64,000 bases of DNA from Candidatus Hodarchaeota archaeon (GTDB lineage Archaea > Asgardarchaeota > Heimdallarchaeia > Hodarchaeales > Hodarchaeaceae): contig JAHQWW010000003.1 of NCBI GenBank assembly GCA_029856365.1, forward strand, positions 52,040-116,039. Reading direction: 5' to 3'. Shown piece after piece: positions 1 to 8,668 of the stretch; positions within the stretch are counted from its first letter, which is position 1, and each line of letters opens with the position of its first letter. Under the pieces are notes generated by a model. The model was not told where the DNA came from, ran no database searches, and was given only the letters and a program-made list of their open reading frames with translations. Both the position numbers and the translations under genes were made by a program.

Positions 1-592
1 TTGCTGAAGCGAAAAAATCTGATAAATAGTTAATACGAATATTGCCTTTCCCAGATCCGAAAACTCCTTGGGGTGTCATAATATGAGCTGGAATAGCCTC
101 GATCCATGGATCTAAATCTAAAATGGCGTGAATTCGTTCTGCAACTTGATCTGAAGATTGACATGTAATAAAAGGTCTTGCCATTTTATGGTGTTTAACC
201 CCCCATTGGTCCAATAAAACTCTAAATGTTTCTATTAAGGGAAAATTTGGAAATAGAAAGATTACATGTGTTTCTTTAGAATATTCTCCTATCTTTGCCG
301 TGAAAATCATTTCCGTCTGCAAAATAAACCGAGTTTGATTATTATTTTGGAGAAAAAATACTCCTTTCATATCTTCAATAAGAGCTTCCTTGAGAATATC
401 AGTCCACATTGTGAATTGACAATCTCCTGTCCCAATCAAGTCAACGCCTTTTAATGGCATTGTCTGATTCGTTTTTGCTAAATGTAAAATTCCTTTTTTC
501 CGATTTATAAGCTTAGTTTCTGGTTTAATTCCAAGGCTTTGAGTTCCACCAGCAAAAATAGAATGAGCGTGTAAATCTACCGCTACTTCCAA
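1..592 (-). CDS. Endonuclease Q-family PHP-domain nuclease (3' end runs off the window)
   Basis: Not in ORF track. Manual translation from TTG at 592 (GAGGAG SD upstream): MEVAVDLHAHSIFAGG...KGVDLIGTGD...RFILQTE...THVIFLFP...ARPF...IPAHIMTPQGVFGS. These match the DLHxHS, GTGD and PAHxxTP motifs of EndoQ-like proteins. Confidence 0.8.
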   Translation of the reverse strand, partial: MEVAVDLHAHSIFAGGTQSLGIKPETKLINRKKGILHLAKTNQTMPLKGVDLIGTGDCQFTMWTDILKEALIEDMKGVFFLQNNNQTRFILQTEMIFTAKIGEYSKETHVIFLFPNFPLIETFRVLLDQWGVKHHKMARPFITCQSSDQVAERIHAILDLDPWIEAIPAHIMTPQGVFGSGKGNIRINYLSDFFASA

Positions 593-607
593 TAATCGTT
601 CTCCTCA

Positions 608-1939
608 TTAAATATTAAGTTTATTAGGCATATTACTATTATCATTATTGTTTGAGTCAGGTTTTACTTGATATTCTAACACCTGCTCACTGACTAGTTT
701 CAATAGTCCTACTCCTTTAGTAGAATCACCGACCATGAAGAGAGAAGTATCTTTCGTGTTATTTGTTGCCCACCTTAATGCAATGGCGTTCGATCCATGT
801 TGGGACAATACCATTTGAACCAAATCAGTACGAAACAATCGTGAGCTAATATTGTTAATTGCTATGAAAATCTGGCATATAAACGCATGTTTTCTTGCTA
901 CACGAATAGTGCTAGCGCGGAGTGTGTCAACTTTGTCCATACTACACCGTAAAAGGGAAACATCTGTAATAATTGGTTTAAAGCTTTTGAGTAATTCGAA
1001 ACTCTTATCTAAAAACTGATTTTGAGGATATAGTTTGATTTCATCATTAATTGACATTGAATATCTCGAAATATAAGGTTGTGAAATATTCGAGCCTTGT
1101 ATATTCAAATGCCATAAAATTTCCCGAAAGGTTCTGAATAAACTCCCAAGGCGCCCTTTGCCTGAACTAAATGCAATGATAAAATTATTCCTAATATATA
1201 TTAAATAGAATTGTTGATTACTGTAAGTTTTCCCATGTATTTCGATGGGAAGCGCATCAAAGAAGGTTCCAAATGTCTTTAACTCACGCTCATAATCTTG
1301 TAGGAGTGTAGGAATTGTATTCACTAAAGAAATTATATCTGGAGACAGAATGATGTTATGAAGAGCTCGAATGGTTCCATCTGAAACCAAAACCGTCTCC
1401 GTATCTGTACAAATTTCACTAATTCGATTTTGAAGGGTATGATCAATTTTAGTTAAAAGAACTTTCCTAATGTTACTGAACACCTTGTTTAATGAATAGG
1501 CTTCTTGCTTACTGTTGTTTTGAAATTTTATTTCTCGGATGGCTTCTTGAAGAATATTTGAGAAAGCAAGAGAATGTTGCAATAATTTGTCCTGATGAAT
1601 GCGTGGGATAAATAGCATGAAACTTTCAATTCGATTTTTTCCTCTAGCTTTAGGATCCTCAATTGTGAAAGAGTGGATCAATACACGGCCGCGGATACCT
1701 GTAACATTGATTGGTATTATTGCAGTCTCAGACTCTCCTGTTGGTTCACCCACACCAATTGCCATCGTAAATAACGTTGTTGTGATACCTTGAAGAATAA
1801 TTGTCGGGATTTCTAACTCATGGGTCAAATGAGATTTTAATACAGGACCATGTTCTTCATCAAAGACTATATGGGCCAAAAAAAATTGAATAGGAATATC
1901 TTCTGACGTTTCGGAAGTTCCCATGATATTAGGTCTCAC
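608..1939 (-). CDS. Folliculin/SMCR8-like u-DENN (longin) protein with probable C-terminal roadblock/longin-like repeats
   Basis: FDEEHGP at the N-terminus and HSFTIEDPKARGKNRIES resemble FLCN FCELHGP and HTFFIKDSLARGFQRWYS. Later segments (VLVSDG...GRLGSLF; KGVGLLKLV) look roadblock-like. Confidence 0.65.
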   Translation of the reverse strand: MRPNIMGTSETSEDIPIQFFLAHIVFDEEHGPVLKSHLTHELEIPTIILQGITTTLFTMAIGVGEPTGESETAIIPINVTGIRGRVLIHSFTIEDPKARGKNRIESFMLFIPRIHQDKLLQHSLAFSNILQEAIREIKFQNNSKQEAYSLNKVFSNIRKVLLTKIDHTLQNRISEICTDTETVLVSDGTIRALHNIILSPDIISLVNTIPTLLQDYERELKTFGTFFDALPIEIHGKTYSNQQFYLIYIRNNFIIAFSSGKGRLGSLFRTFREILWHLNIQGSNISQPYISRYSMSINDEIKLYPQNQFLDKSFELLKSFKPIITDVSLLRCSMDKVDTLRASTIRVARKHAFICQIFIAINNISSRLFRTDLVQMVLSQHGSNAIALRWATNNTKDTSLFMVGDSTKGVGLLKLVSEQVLEYQVKPDSNNNDNSNMPNKLNI

Positions 1940-2129
1940 CTTTTACTTGTTGAAACCAAATTGAAAAGGATTCTCAGTCTTTGTGTGAAATCAATCTCTA
2001 TCTAGAATCTACCTATATCCTCAATTAAGTGTTTTTCATTACTTATACGAAAATATTTCTTTCTTGGATCAAGAGAAAATAACATCTTTAAATGTGATAA
2101 AACATTATTGACATAAGAAAGTAATAAAT

Positions 2130-2426
2130 CTAAGATTCAGACTCTTTCTTCTTTATCAAATCGATTATATCCTCCCATTCTTGCTCTTGCTTTTGTTTTT
2201 TTGGAGGATTTAAACGATTTTCTACTCCTAGAATATCTAACGCCCATTGGCGCTCTTTTTCACGTTTTTGCAACTTCTTTTTTTTTCGATGTTCAGCTGC
2301 ATTGATCCAAGTCTCTAATGCTGCTTCCTGTATTCCACATTTAGTACAAACATACAATCTTTCCTCAGGATTCCAAAAAAGGGTTCCATTCTTGCAATTA
2401 GGGCAAGGAATTCTTGAATCGCGCAC
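2130..2426 (-). CDS. Small Zn-ribbon protein with basic helical tail
   Basis: CPNC-x14-CTKC; co-oriented 21 nt downstream of a roadblock gene. Confidence 0.7.
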   Translation of the reverse strand: MRDSRIPCPNCKNGTLFWNPEERLYVCTKCGIQEAALETWINAAEHRKKKKLQKREKERQWALDILGVENRLNPPKKQKQEQEWEDIIDLIKKKESES

Positions 2427-2447
2427 AGGAGGCTTAGACAGAGCTGT

Positions 2448-2942
2448 TCACTTCTCCATTGACAGAATGTTATCTAGTTCTTTCTGAGTAATAGATAAGG
2501 ATGAAATTTGTGATTGAGGACGCTTTGAAGGAGGCCATTGTTGTATTATCTGCATTATTGAATCAATAGCTGGGCCAATTATCAACTTCAAGAGCTCAAG
2601 ATCCACATAAGGATCTGTCAAGACTCCTAAGAAAGCGATACGCCCAATTGCTCGTAAAAATAATTTAAAATTATTTCTTTCTGCAGTGAAAGAAACCCAG
2701 GGGGAACTCCCAATTTCGTGTCTAATGGTATCCATGTTCGATTGAATTCCAGCCACTAAAGAACAGAGAATAAGACTGCTTTCTTTACCTAGCGTACCTT
2801 CTAAATTCGCCTCTTCAATTAGAAGTCCATCTGTATCTACACAGAAACCTGAATAAATACCATCTAGAGAGTTCACGATGTCAGTTAATACTTGTCGAAG
2901 TCCAGTTTTCGATTGTCTTGAATTATCATTGGAAAAGGTCAA
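2448..2942 (-). CDS. Roadblock/LC7 domain protein
   Basis: GIYSGFCVDTDGLLI...LGVLTDPYVDLELLKL pattern of roadblock/MglB proteins. Confidence 0.85.
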   Translation of the reverse strand: MTFSNDNSRQSKTGLRQVLTDIVNSLDGIYSGFCVDTDGLLIEEANLEGTLGKESSLILCSLVAGIQSNMDTIRHEIGSSPWVSFTAERNNFKLFLRAIGRIAFLGVLTDPYVDLELLKLIIGPAIDSIMQIIQQWPPSKRPQSQISSLSITQKELDNILSMEK

Positions 2943-3160
2943 GGATCATCAACCAGATCTTAGTCATATTGTTGAAGAAACCCTTTATTTAGTTAAGAAA
3001 AGACTATAATTGTCTTATATCTGAATCTATTTAATCTTTCTCACGTTTCTGACAATTGAATCTATGCTTAATTATGAATATAGATTAAGTAAATCAGGAG
3101 AACCACGATAAAAGAGGTGGATAGCTCATAGAGAAACCTCTTTATTATCAAGAGATGGTC

Positions 3161-3168
3161 TTTATAAA
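3161..3168 (+). promoter_or_regulatory. TATA box of SRP RNA gene
   Basis: TTTATAAA ending ~20 nt upstream of the predicted RNA 5' end. Confidence 0.6.
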
Positions 3169-3188
3169 GGCCCATAAGACAGACTACT

Positions 3189-3495
3189 TGGAACAGTAGG
3201 CGGCTGAGGATAGCGGCTCAGCTAAATCGTAACGCTATATGACGAGCTTAATCCCAGAACTGAGATGCTGAAGCCTGGTAAGGCTCCTTGGTTTGTGCAA
3301 TGAGAGATCCTCCGACTAGGTGGCTTCTGGCTGAGATTCCTCTGGAGAGAGGAATAAGAAAGCGAGGTTAAACTGGGTCAGGCATGGGAATGAACAGCCC
3401 TAAGACCGAGAGGTTATGCTTTTCGGGTTCGGGTCTTAAGCACGGCTAAGTTCAACCGATCTAGAGTGGAAGCCCCGAAGTTCTGGTCTGTTCCA
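3189..3495 (+). ncRNA. ffs: Archaeal signal recognition particle (7S) RNA
   Basis: GC-richer ~307-nt island. Helix 1 TGGAACAG(3189-3196)/CTGTTCCA(3488-3495); helix 6 ATTCCTCT-GGAG-AGAGGAAT (3336-3355); helix 8 GGTCAGG-CAT-GGGA-ATG-AACAGCC (3376-3399); upstream TATA and downstream T-tract. Confidence 0.92.
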
Positions 3496-3648
3496 CTATC
3501 ATTTTTAAAATAACAGAGTTAAAGAATTGTATCTCTGGTTTCTTTACTTGTAAGAATCCATAAGAGACCTAGAAGAACAGAAATTCAATAATAGAATAAT
3601 CTTTTTTATTTAACATTGTTAGTATCATTTTCTTCATTGATACAAAAG

Positions 3649-3709
3649 TTTAAAAGTGTCGCGCGACACGATCAACACGAGCAACACTAACAACACTAAC
3701 AACATGCAC
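3649..3709 (+). promoter_or_regulatory. TATA box + perfect 14-bp palindrome + five imperfect 9-bp tandem repeats upstream of wHTH gene
   Basis: TTTAAAA (3649-3655), GTGTCGCGCGACAC (3656-3669), repeats GACACGATC/AACACGAGC/AACACTAAC/AACACTAAC/AACATGCAC (3665-3709). The sequence pattern is certain; the regulatory role is inferred. Confidence 0.55.
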
Positions 3710-3785
3710 AGGAAAAAACTGTCATTTTAAATTCAATTTTGCTCAAATTTCCCATTAAATAGTATGAAATTGGTGAAAAAAGAAC

Positions 3786-4064
3786 TTGATGCAAATTTTG
3801 CTAGATAAAGAAGAGATCAATAAAGAATTACCAACTATTATTAGTTCAATACCTTTGCCTCAAAGTGCAAAGAGAATTTTCGAAATTTTATGTCAAGAGG
3901 GGCCTCTAACATCAGGAGATTTGGAGAAGAGATGTACCTATTCTGATCGGACAATTAGAAACGCCCTGAAGAAGTTAATAGGAATAGGTTTAGTCATAAA
4001 AGTTGCTAATTTCAGCGATATGCGAACTTCATTGTTTCATGTTCAAATGATGAATGCTGCATGA
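3786..4064 (+). CDS. Small winged-helix transcription regulator
   Basis: LPQSAKRIFEIL...GPLTSGDL...YSDRTIRNALKKLIGIGLV wHTH signature. Confidence 0.85.
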   Translation: MMQILLDKEEINKELPTIISSIPLPQSAKRIFEILCQEGPLTSGDLEKRCTYSDRTIRNALKKLIGIGLVIKVANFSDMRTSLFHVQMMNAA

Positions 4065-4104
4065 TCCGATTTTGTATTGAATAGCTTATTTTACTTTTCT
4101 TTTT

Positions 4105-4719
4105 TTAGAAGAAGAATTTTTCCCCGTAATAATTCCAGAGTATTTTCCAAATCCAACTAATGGGCAGTCCTACCACGTTAAAGTAATCTCCCTGTATTTT
4201 ACTAATTAAAAATGCGCCCAATCCTTGAATTGCATAACCTCCTGCTCTATTTTGCCATTCACCCGTTTCCAGGTAATACCGTATCTCTCCTTCTGAGATT
4301 ATCCTGAATTTTACTAATGTGGAAACTTTAGTCTGGTATTTCACTTTATCGGGGTAAATAAGAATTGTACAGCCTGTGAGAACCGTATGAGTCTTACCAG
4401 ACAGTGTTTGTAACATAATTTTCGCTTCATCTCGATCCTTAGGTTTACCTACAATCGTGTGAGATGGATCAATGACAACTGTGTCACATCCTATAACAAT
4501 ATAATTTTTCTTTTTGTATTGAAGTTGAGAAGCGACTAAAGCTGCCTTTTTCTGAGAAATATTTAACACGAACTTTTCAGGATCAGCAGAGAATTCAGTT
4601 TCATTGTCATTTTCATCTATTTCACTAGGAAAAACTGTAAAAGGTAATTGAACCTGCTTCAATACCTCGGCTCGTGCTGGGGATTGGGATGCAAGAATTA
4701 TTTCTGGGAAGTGTGACAT
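4105..4719 (-). CDS. maf: Maf-family nucleoside triphosphate pyrophosphatase
   Basis: ILASQSPAR, GCDTVV, GKP, LSGKTHTV, AGGYAIQG, NVVGLP motifs. Confidence 0.95.
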   Translation of the reverse strand: MSHFPEIILASQSPARAEVLKQVQLPFTVFPSEIDENDNETEFSADPEKFVLNISQKKAALVASQLQYKKKNYIVIGCDTVVIDPSHTIVGKPKDRDEAKIMLQTLSGKTHTVLTGCTILIYPDKVKYQTKVSTLVKFRIISEGEIRYYLETGEWQNRAGGYAIQGLGAFLISKIQGDYFNVVGLPISWIWKILWNYYGEKFFF

Positions 4720-4870
4720 TTTTTGTTCAATTTTTTGAAATTAAAAAAAAGACTTAAGGACTATTCATTTCCTATTGCAAATAGTAATTCTCTGAAAACT
4801 CCAAATGATCATCTATTTTTCTTTGGTAAAACTCTTTTTTTCATAAAAAAATAAGGGCTAGGCAAATAGA

Positions 4871-6070
4871 ATGACAGTAGAGAAAAACATTTTTGATTCT
4901 AAGCGAATCGCCATTCGTATGTCTCAGATTCGCCCATCAGGATTGAGAAAATTATTTGATCTTGAACATAAAATCGCAAAATCCTCTTCTCTCAAGATTC
5001 TCTCTTTTGGGCTTGGAAATTTAAATATTCCAACTATGCCTGAGATTATCAATCAATTGAAAATTGCCCTTGATGATCCTCTTTCTCACCGTTATTCTCC
5101 GAATGCTGGACTCTTCGAACTACGAGAGGCATTGGCTGCTAGATATAAAACTGAATATCATCTCGATTACTCTACAGATCAAATCGTTGTTACTTCAGGT
5201 TGTTTAGAAGCTTTGATTGATACATTCTTTGCTCTTATTAACCCTGGTGATGAAGTTCTCATCCAAGATCCTACTTTTGGTTACTATGCTAGCCAAATTA
5301 CGCTTGCTGGAGGAGTAGTAAGACCAATTCCTTTGAATGACAAATTTGAACTAGAAGCAGAAGCAGTGAACGAAGCTATCACCTCAAAGACCAAAGCTCT
5401 TGTTCTAAACTTCCCATGTAATCCGACTGGTAGTGTAATGAATCGTGAACAGATCCAAGCAGTAGTCGAAACTGCAACGGATAAAGGAGTTACCATAATA
5501 TCCGACGAAGCATATGAAGCAATCACATTTAATGGCCACAAACATACATGTGCAGCAGAAATTGACTATGATAACGTGATTATTATTTCATCTTTTTCTA
5601 AAACTTATTGTATGACTGGTTTTCGTGTTGGTTATGTTATAGCTCCCCCTGAACTTCTTACTCCTATTTCATTAGTTCATCAATATAATACTGCTTGTGC
5701 AAACAGTCCAGCTCAAATAGCTGCCAGAATTGCTTTACATTCTCCCTCTTCCATTAGGGAGGCAATGATGGAGACCCTTATAAAAAGGCGTACTGAGACT
5801 ATTAAAGCTTTTACTTCTGTTAAAGGTATTGAATTAAATTATAATCCACTAGGGGCTTTTTACATTTACCCCAACGTCAGAGGCCTAGGGATGAATGGAA
5901 CAGAATTCTCTGAAATTCTCTTAGAGAATTGTCAGATAATAGTGGTCCCAGGAACAGAATTTGGAACTGCTACCCCTGACCACGTTCGTGTATCTTATGG
6001 TTTTTTAAACCAAGAAGATATCCGAGAAGCAGGCACACGAATTCAATCATACTTTTCAAAATCTCATTAA
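4871..6070 (+). CDS. Class I/II PLP-dependent aminotransferase (aspartate aminotransferase-like)
   Basis: NFPCNPTG, SDEAY, SFSKTYCMTGFRVGY. Confidence 0.93.
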   Translation: MTVEKNIFDSKRIAIRMSQIRPSGLRKLFDLEHKIAKSSSLKILSFGLGNLNIPTMPEIINQLKIALDDPLSHRYSPNAGLFELREALAARYKTEYHLDYSTDQIVVTSGCLEALIDTFFALINPGDEVLIQDPTFGYYASQITLAGGVVRPIPLNDKFELEAEAVNEAITSKTKALVLNFPCNPTGSVMNREQIQAVVETATDKGVTIISDEAYEAITFNGHKHTCAAEIDYDNVIIISSFSKTYCMTGFRVGYVIAPPELLTPISLVHQYNTACANSPAQIAARIALHSPSSIREAMMETLIKRRTETIKAFTSVKGIELNYNPLGAFYIYPNVRGLGMNGTEFSEILLENCQIIVVPGTEFGTATPDHVRVSYGFLNQEDIREAGTRIQSYFSKSH

Positions 6071-6191
6071 ACGAAGAAAGGCCTGATTAAGAGTGCATAG
6101 GTTTCGTTGTTTTAAATAAATCCTTTATTCTTGACCATTTCTCCAAAATAGAGTCGCAGAAAATATAAAAAATATTAATTTTATTATTTCT

Positions 6192-7529
6192 ATGAATCTA
6201 AAGGTGCAAAACATGTCAGAAAGTAGAGAATTTATTCTTAAAGCTGATGATTTGCCAGATAAATGGTATAATATCATCCCAGACTTACCAGAACCTCTCC
6301 CACCACCTAAAGATCCTCCTGAAGGGTATTCAAGAGTTAAAGACCTGCCCAACATGCTCTTACATGAATGTTTAAAACAAGAAATGTCGAATCAGAGATG
6401 GATACCCATTCCTGAGGGAATTCGTAACCTATATTTAGCTGCAGGAAGACCAAGACCATTATTCAGGGCAAAAAATCTTGAGGAAAAATTAGGGACGCCC
6501 GCAAAATTATTCTATAAATCAGAATTTTTTAGCCCAACAGGTAGCCATAAGGTTAACACTGCCCTTGCTCAAGCTTATTATGCAAAACAAGAAGGCTTTG
6601 AACGACTCACAACAGAAACAGGGGCAGGTCAATGGGGTAATGCACTTGCTTATGCTGCGAGTTTAAATGATCTAGATTGCACTGTTTTTTGGGTTCGAGC
6701 TGTTTATCGTTGGAAAGAGCAGAGATTAAAATTCATGCAATTATATGGTGCAGATGTTTATGCTTCTCCTAGTAACAAAACGGATTTTGGAAAGAAATTA
6801 TATAAGGAAGACCCCAACCATAATGGTTCTCTGGGAATTGCTATTTCTGAAGGATTAGAAGAAGCCAAGAAAGACCCGAAAGCAGTTTATTGTCTTGGCT
6901 CTGTATTGAATCATGTTTTAATACATCAATCTATAATAGGCCTTGAAACCAAGGCACAGATGGAGCTTGCTGGAACATATCCTGATGTTGTGATTTCGTG
7001 TCTTGGTGGGGGTAGCAACTTTGGTGGGATTGCTATTCCCTTCATGCGTGATGTCCTTAAGAAGAAAACAGAAATTAAGTTTATTGCCTCACAAAGTAAG
7101 GCAGCCCCGAATTTACAGGGAGAGTATAAGTATGACTTTGCTGATCACGCAGAAATGACTCCTATGTTGAAAATGTATTCACTTGGACATCAAGTAACAA
7201 TGGTACCTATTCGTGGTGATGGTCTTAGATACCATGGCTGTTCACCAATCTTGAGCTTATTAAGGCATCACGGTTACATTGACACAGTAGCTTATCCAGA
7301 AGATGAAAAATATGTTTTTGAGAGGGCTAGAGAGTTTGTACGAGCAGAGGGCTTTCTTCCTGCACCTGAATCAGCGTACAGTATTACGTGTGCTATAGAT
7401 GAAGCAATAAAGTGTAAGAAAGAAAATGAGGAAAAAGTTATTGTTTTCAATGTAAGTGGACATGGTTTCATGGACATGGATGGTTATGCTGAGATCCTAG
7501 GTTTGAAAAAGCAGCTGGACAGGGCATGA
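6192..7529 (+). CDS. trpB2: TrpB2-type tryptophan synthase beta-like protein (likely start 6213)
   Basis: WYNIIPDLP, SPTGSHKVNTA, TETGAGQWG, LGSVLNHV, GGGSN, GLRYHG, PAPES, SGHG. Confidence 0.93.
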   Translation: MNLKVQNMSESREFILKADDLPDKWYNIIPDLPEPLPPPKDPPEGYSRVKDLPNMLLHECLKQEMSNQRWIPIPEGIRNLYLAAGRPRPLFRAKNLEEKLGTPAKLFYKSEFFSPTGSHKVNTALAQAYYAKQEGFERLTTETGAGQWGNALAYAASLNDLDCTVFWVRAVYRWKEQRLKFMQLYGADVYASPSNKTDFGKKLYKEDPNHNGSLGIAISEGLEEAKKDPKAVYCLGSVLNHVLIHQSIIGLETKAQMELAGTYPDVVISCLGGGSNFGGIAIPFMRDVLKKKTEIKFIASQSKAAPNLQGEYKYDFADHAEMTPMLKMYSLGHQVTMVPIRGDGLRYHGCSPILSLLRHHGYIDTVAYPEDEKYVFERAREFVRAEGFLPAPESAYSITCAIDEAIKCKKENEEKVIVFNVSGHGFMDMDGYAEILGLKKQLDRA

Positions 7530-7605
7530 AGGGTTCCTGAGAGATGTTGCTCTAATAGCAGAATCTTTATGAGAAGTTCGATCCTCCCTGTGTAATCTTA
7601 TATTT

Positions 7606-7818
7606 TCACGCAATCAATCTTCGAGATATATAATCGGATAGCTTCTTGTTACGGGGAATCCTGGTTACAAACGCATCCATACCACATTCATTGCACTTCA
7701 GACGAAGTGTCCCATGATTAACGATGGTACTGATGGTATGAGTATGACACCAAGGGCATAGAAGCTCTAATTCAGCCCGATGTTGTAGATCTACATTCTC
7801 TTCAATTTCGATAGTCAC
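7606..7818 (-). CDS. Small Zn-ribbon protein (weak Elf1/eIF2beta-ribbon resemblance)
   Basis: CPWC-x17-CNEC; strong GGAGGT SD 6 nt before the GTG. Confidence 0.75.
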   Translation of the reverse strand: MTIEIEENVDLQHRAELELLCPWCHTHTISTIVNHGTLRLKCNECGMDAFVTRIPRNKKLSDYISRRLIA

Positions 7819-7846
7819 TTTTTTACCTCCTTTTCTTTATTAGGAT

Positions 7847-7959
7847 GGAAAACTGCCCATTATGGGTTCATTTTCCGATATAGCTTAGCTATATCACACC
7901 AATTCGATTTTGGTGAGCTTTTCCTGTATGGAGATGCAAACTAGTAAAACTAGAGTGCA
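7847..7959 (-). promoter_or_regulatory. Structured 5' leader (four consecutive hairpins) of the Zn-ribbon gene
   Basis: Minus-strand TATA TTTTTATA at 7983-7990, then stems CTAGT/ACTAG (flanked by TGCA/TGCA), CACCAA/TTGGTG, GATATAGC/GCTATATC and GGAAAA..CCCAT/ATGGG..TTTTCC. Confidence 0.55.
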
Positions 7960-8668
7960 GATAATTTTTTTTCTTTAGGGTCTATAAAAATGTTATGATT
8001 TATGACGAATTTTGTAATTTTATACATATTTTCATGTTAATTTTCATACTGATTAATTTCATCTAACAGGTTTATTCTGTGTTTAAAGGATTAATATAAT
8101 TATATTTTATCACTATTTATTATAAATCTTCCTGTATTGGTAAATCTTATCAATTTCTACGATTATGAATTTTTTAAGGGAATAATAGCTCACATCTTAT
8201 TCATAAACATAAAATTTAGAAAATTTTAAAGCAAATGAATCTAGTATGACCTGGATTGGCAAAAAAATTCGCTGATTAGCACAGTTACAAGAAAATTCTA
8301 GATTAATGATAAAAATCCTTAAAAAAAGATCTATTTAATTTTTACACCTACAAAACTGATGAAAAATACCTTCATGTGATGTTTAACAAAAAGAATGTGA
8401 GGTATCAAGCTATAATTAATATATCATCAGGTTTTTTTCATTGTATTGCATTTGTTAGCATTTATTTCTTAAAACATTCTTGTAAAAATTAACAGATCTC
8501 CATTTAAAACTACGATATATTGTTTGAGTAAAGATTAAGTAGCAATGTTTTCACTTCATTCTATAAAAAATTTTTTCATTAAAAAATGTCTTTACTATTT
8601 AAAGCAAAATTACCTTGAACCATCCATTAACAAGAAATTTCTAGATTATTTAGAACTGTGTCCCCAAC

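Noticed and set aside
3665-3709. Tandem repeats as a CRISPR array
   Set aside because: The units are 9 bp with no spacers, and there are no cas genes in the window.
7990-8660. ~670-bp very AT-rich gap as a replication origin
   Set aside because: No ORB-like repeats are visible and there is no cdc6/orc1 gene nearby; it fits a divergent promoter region.
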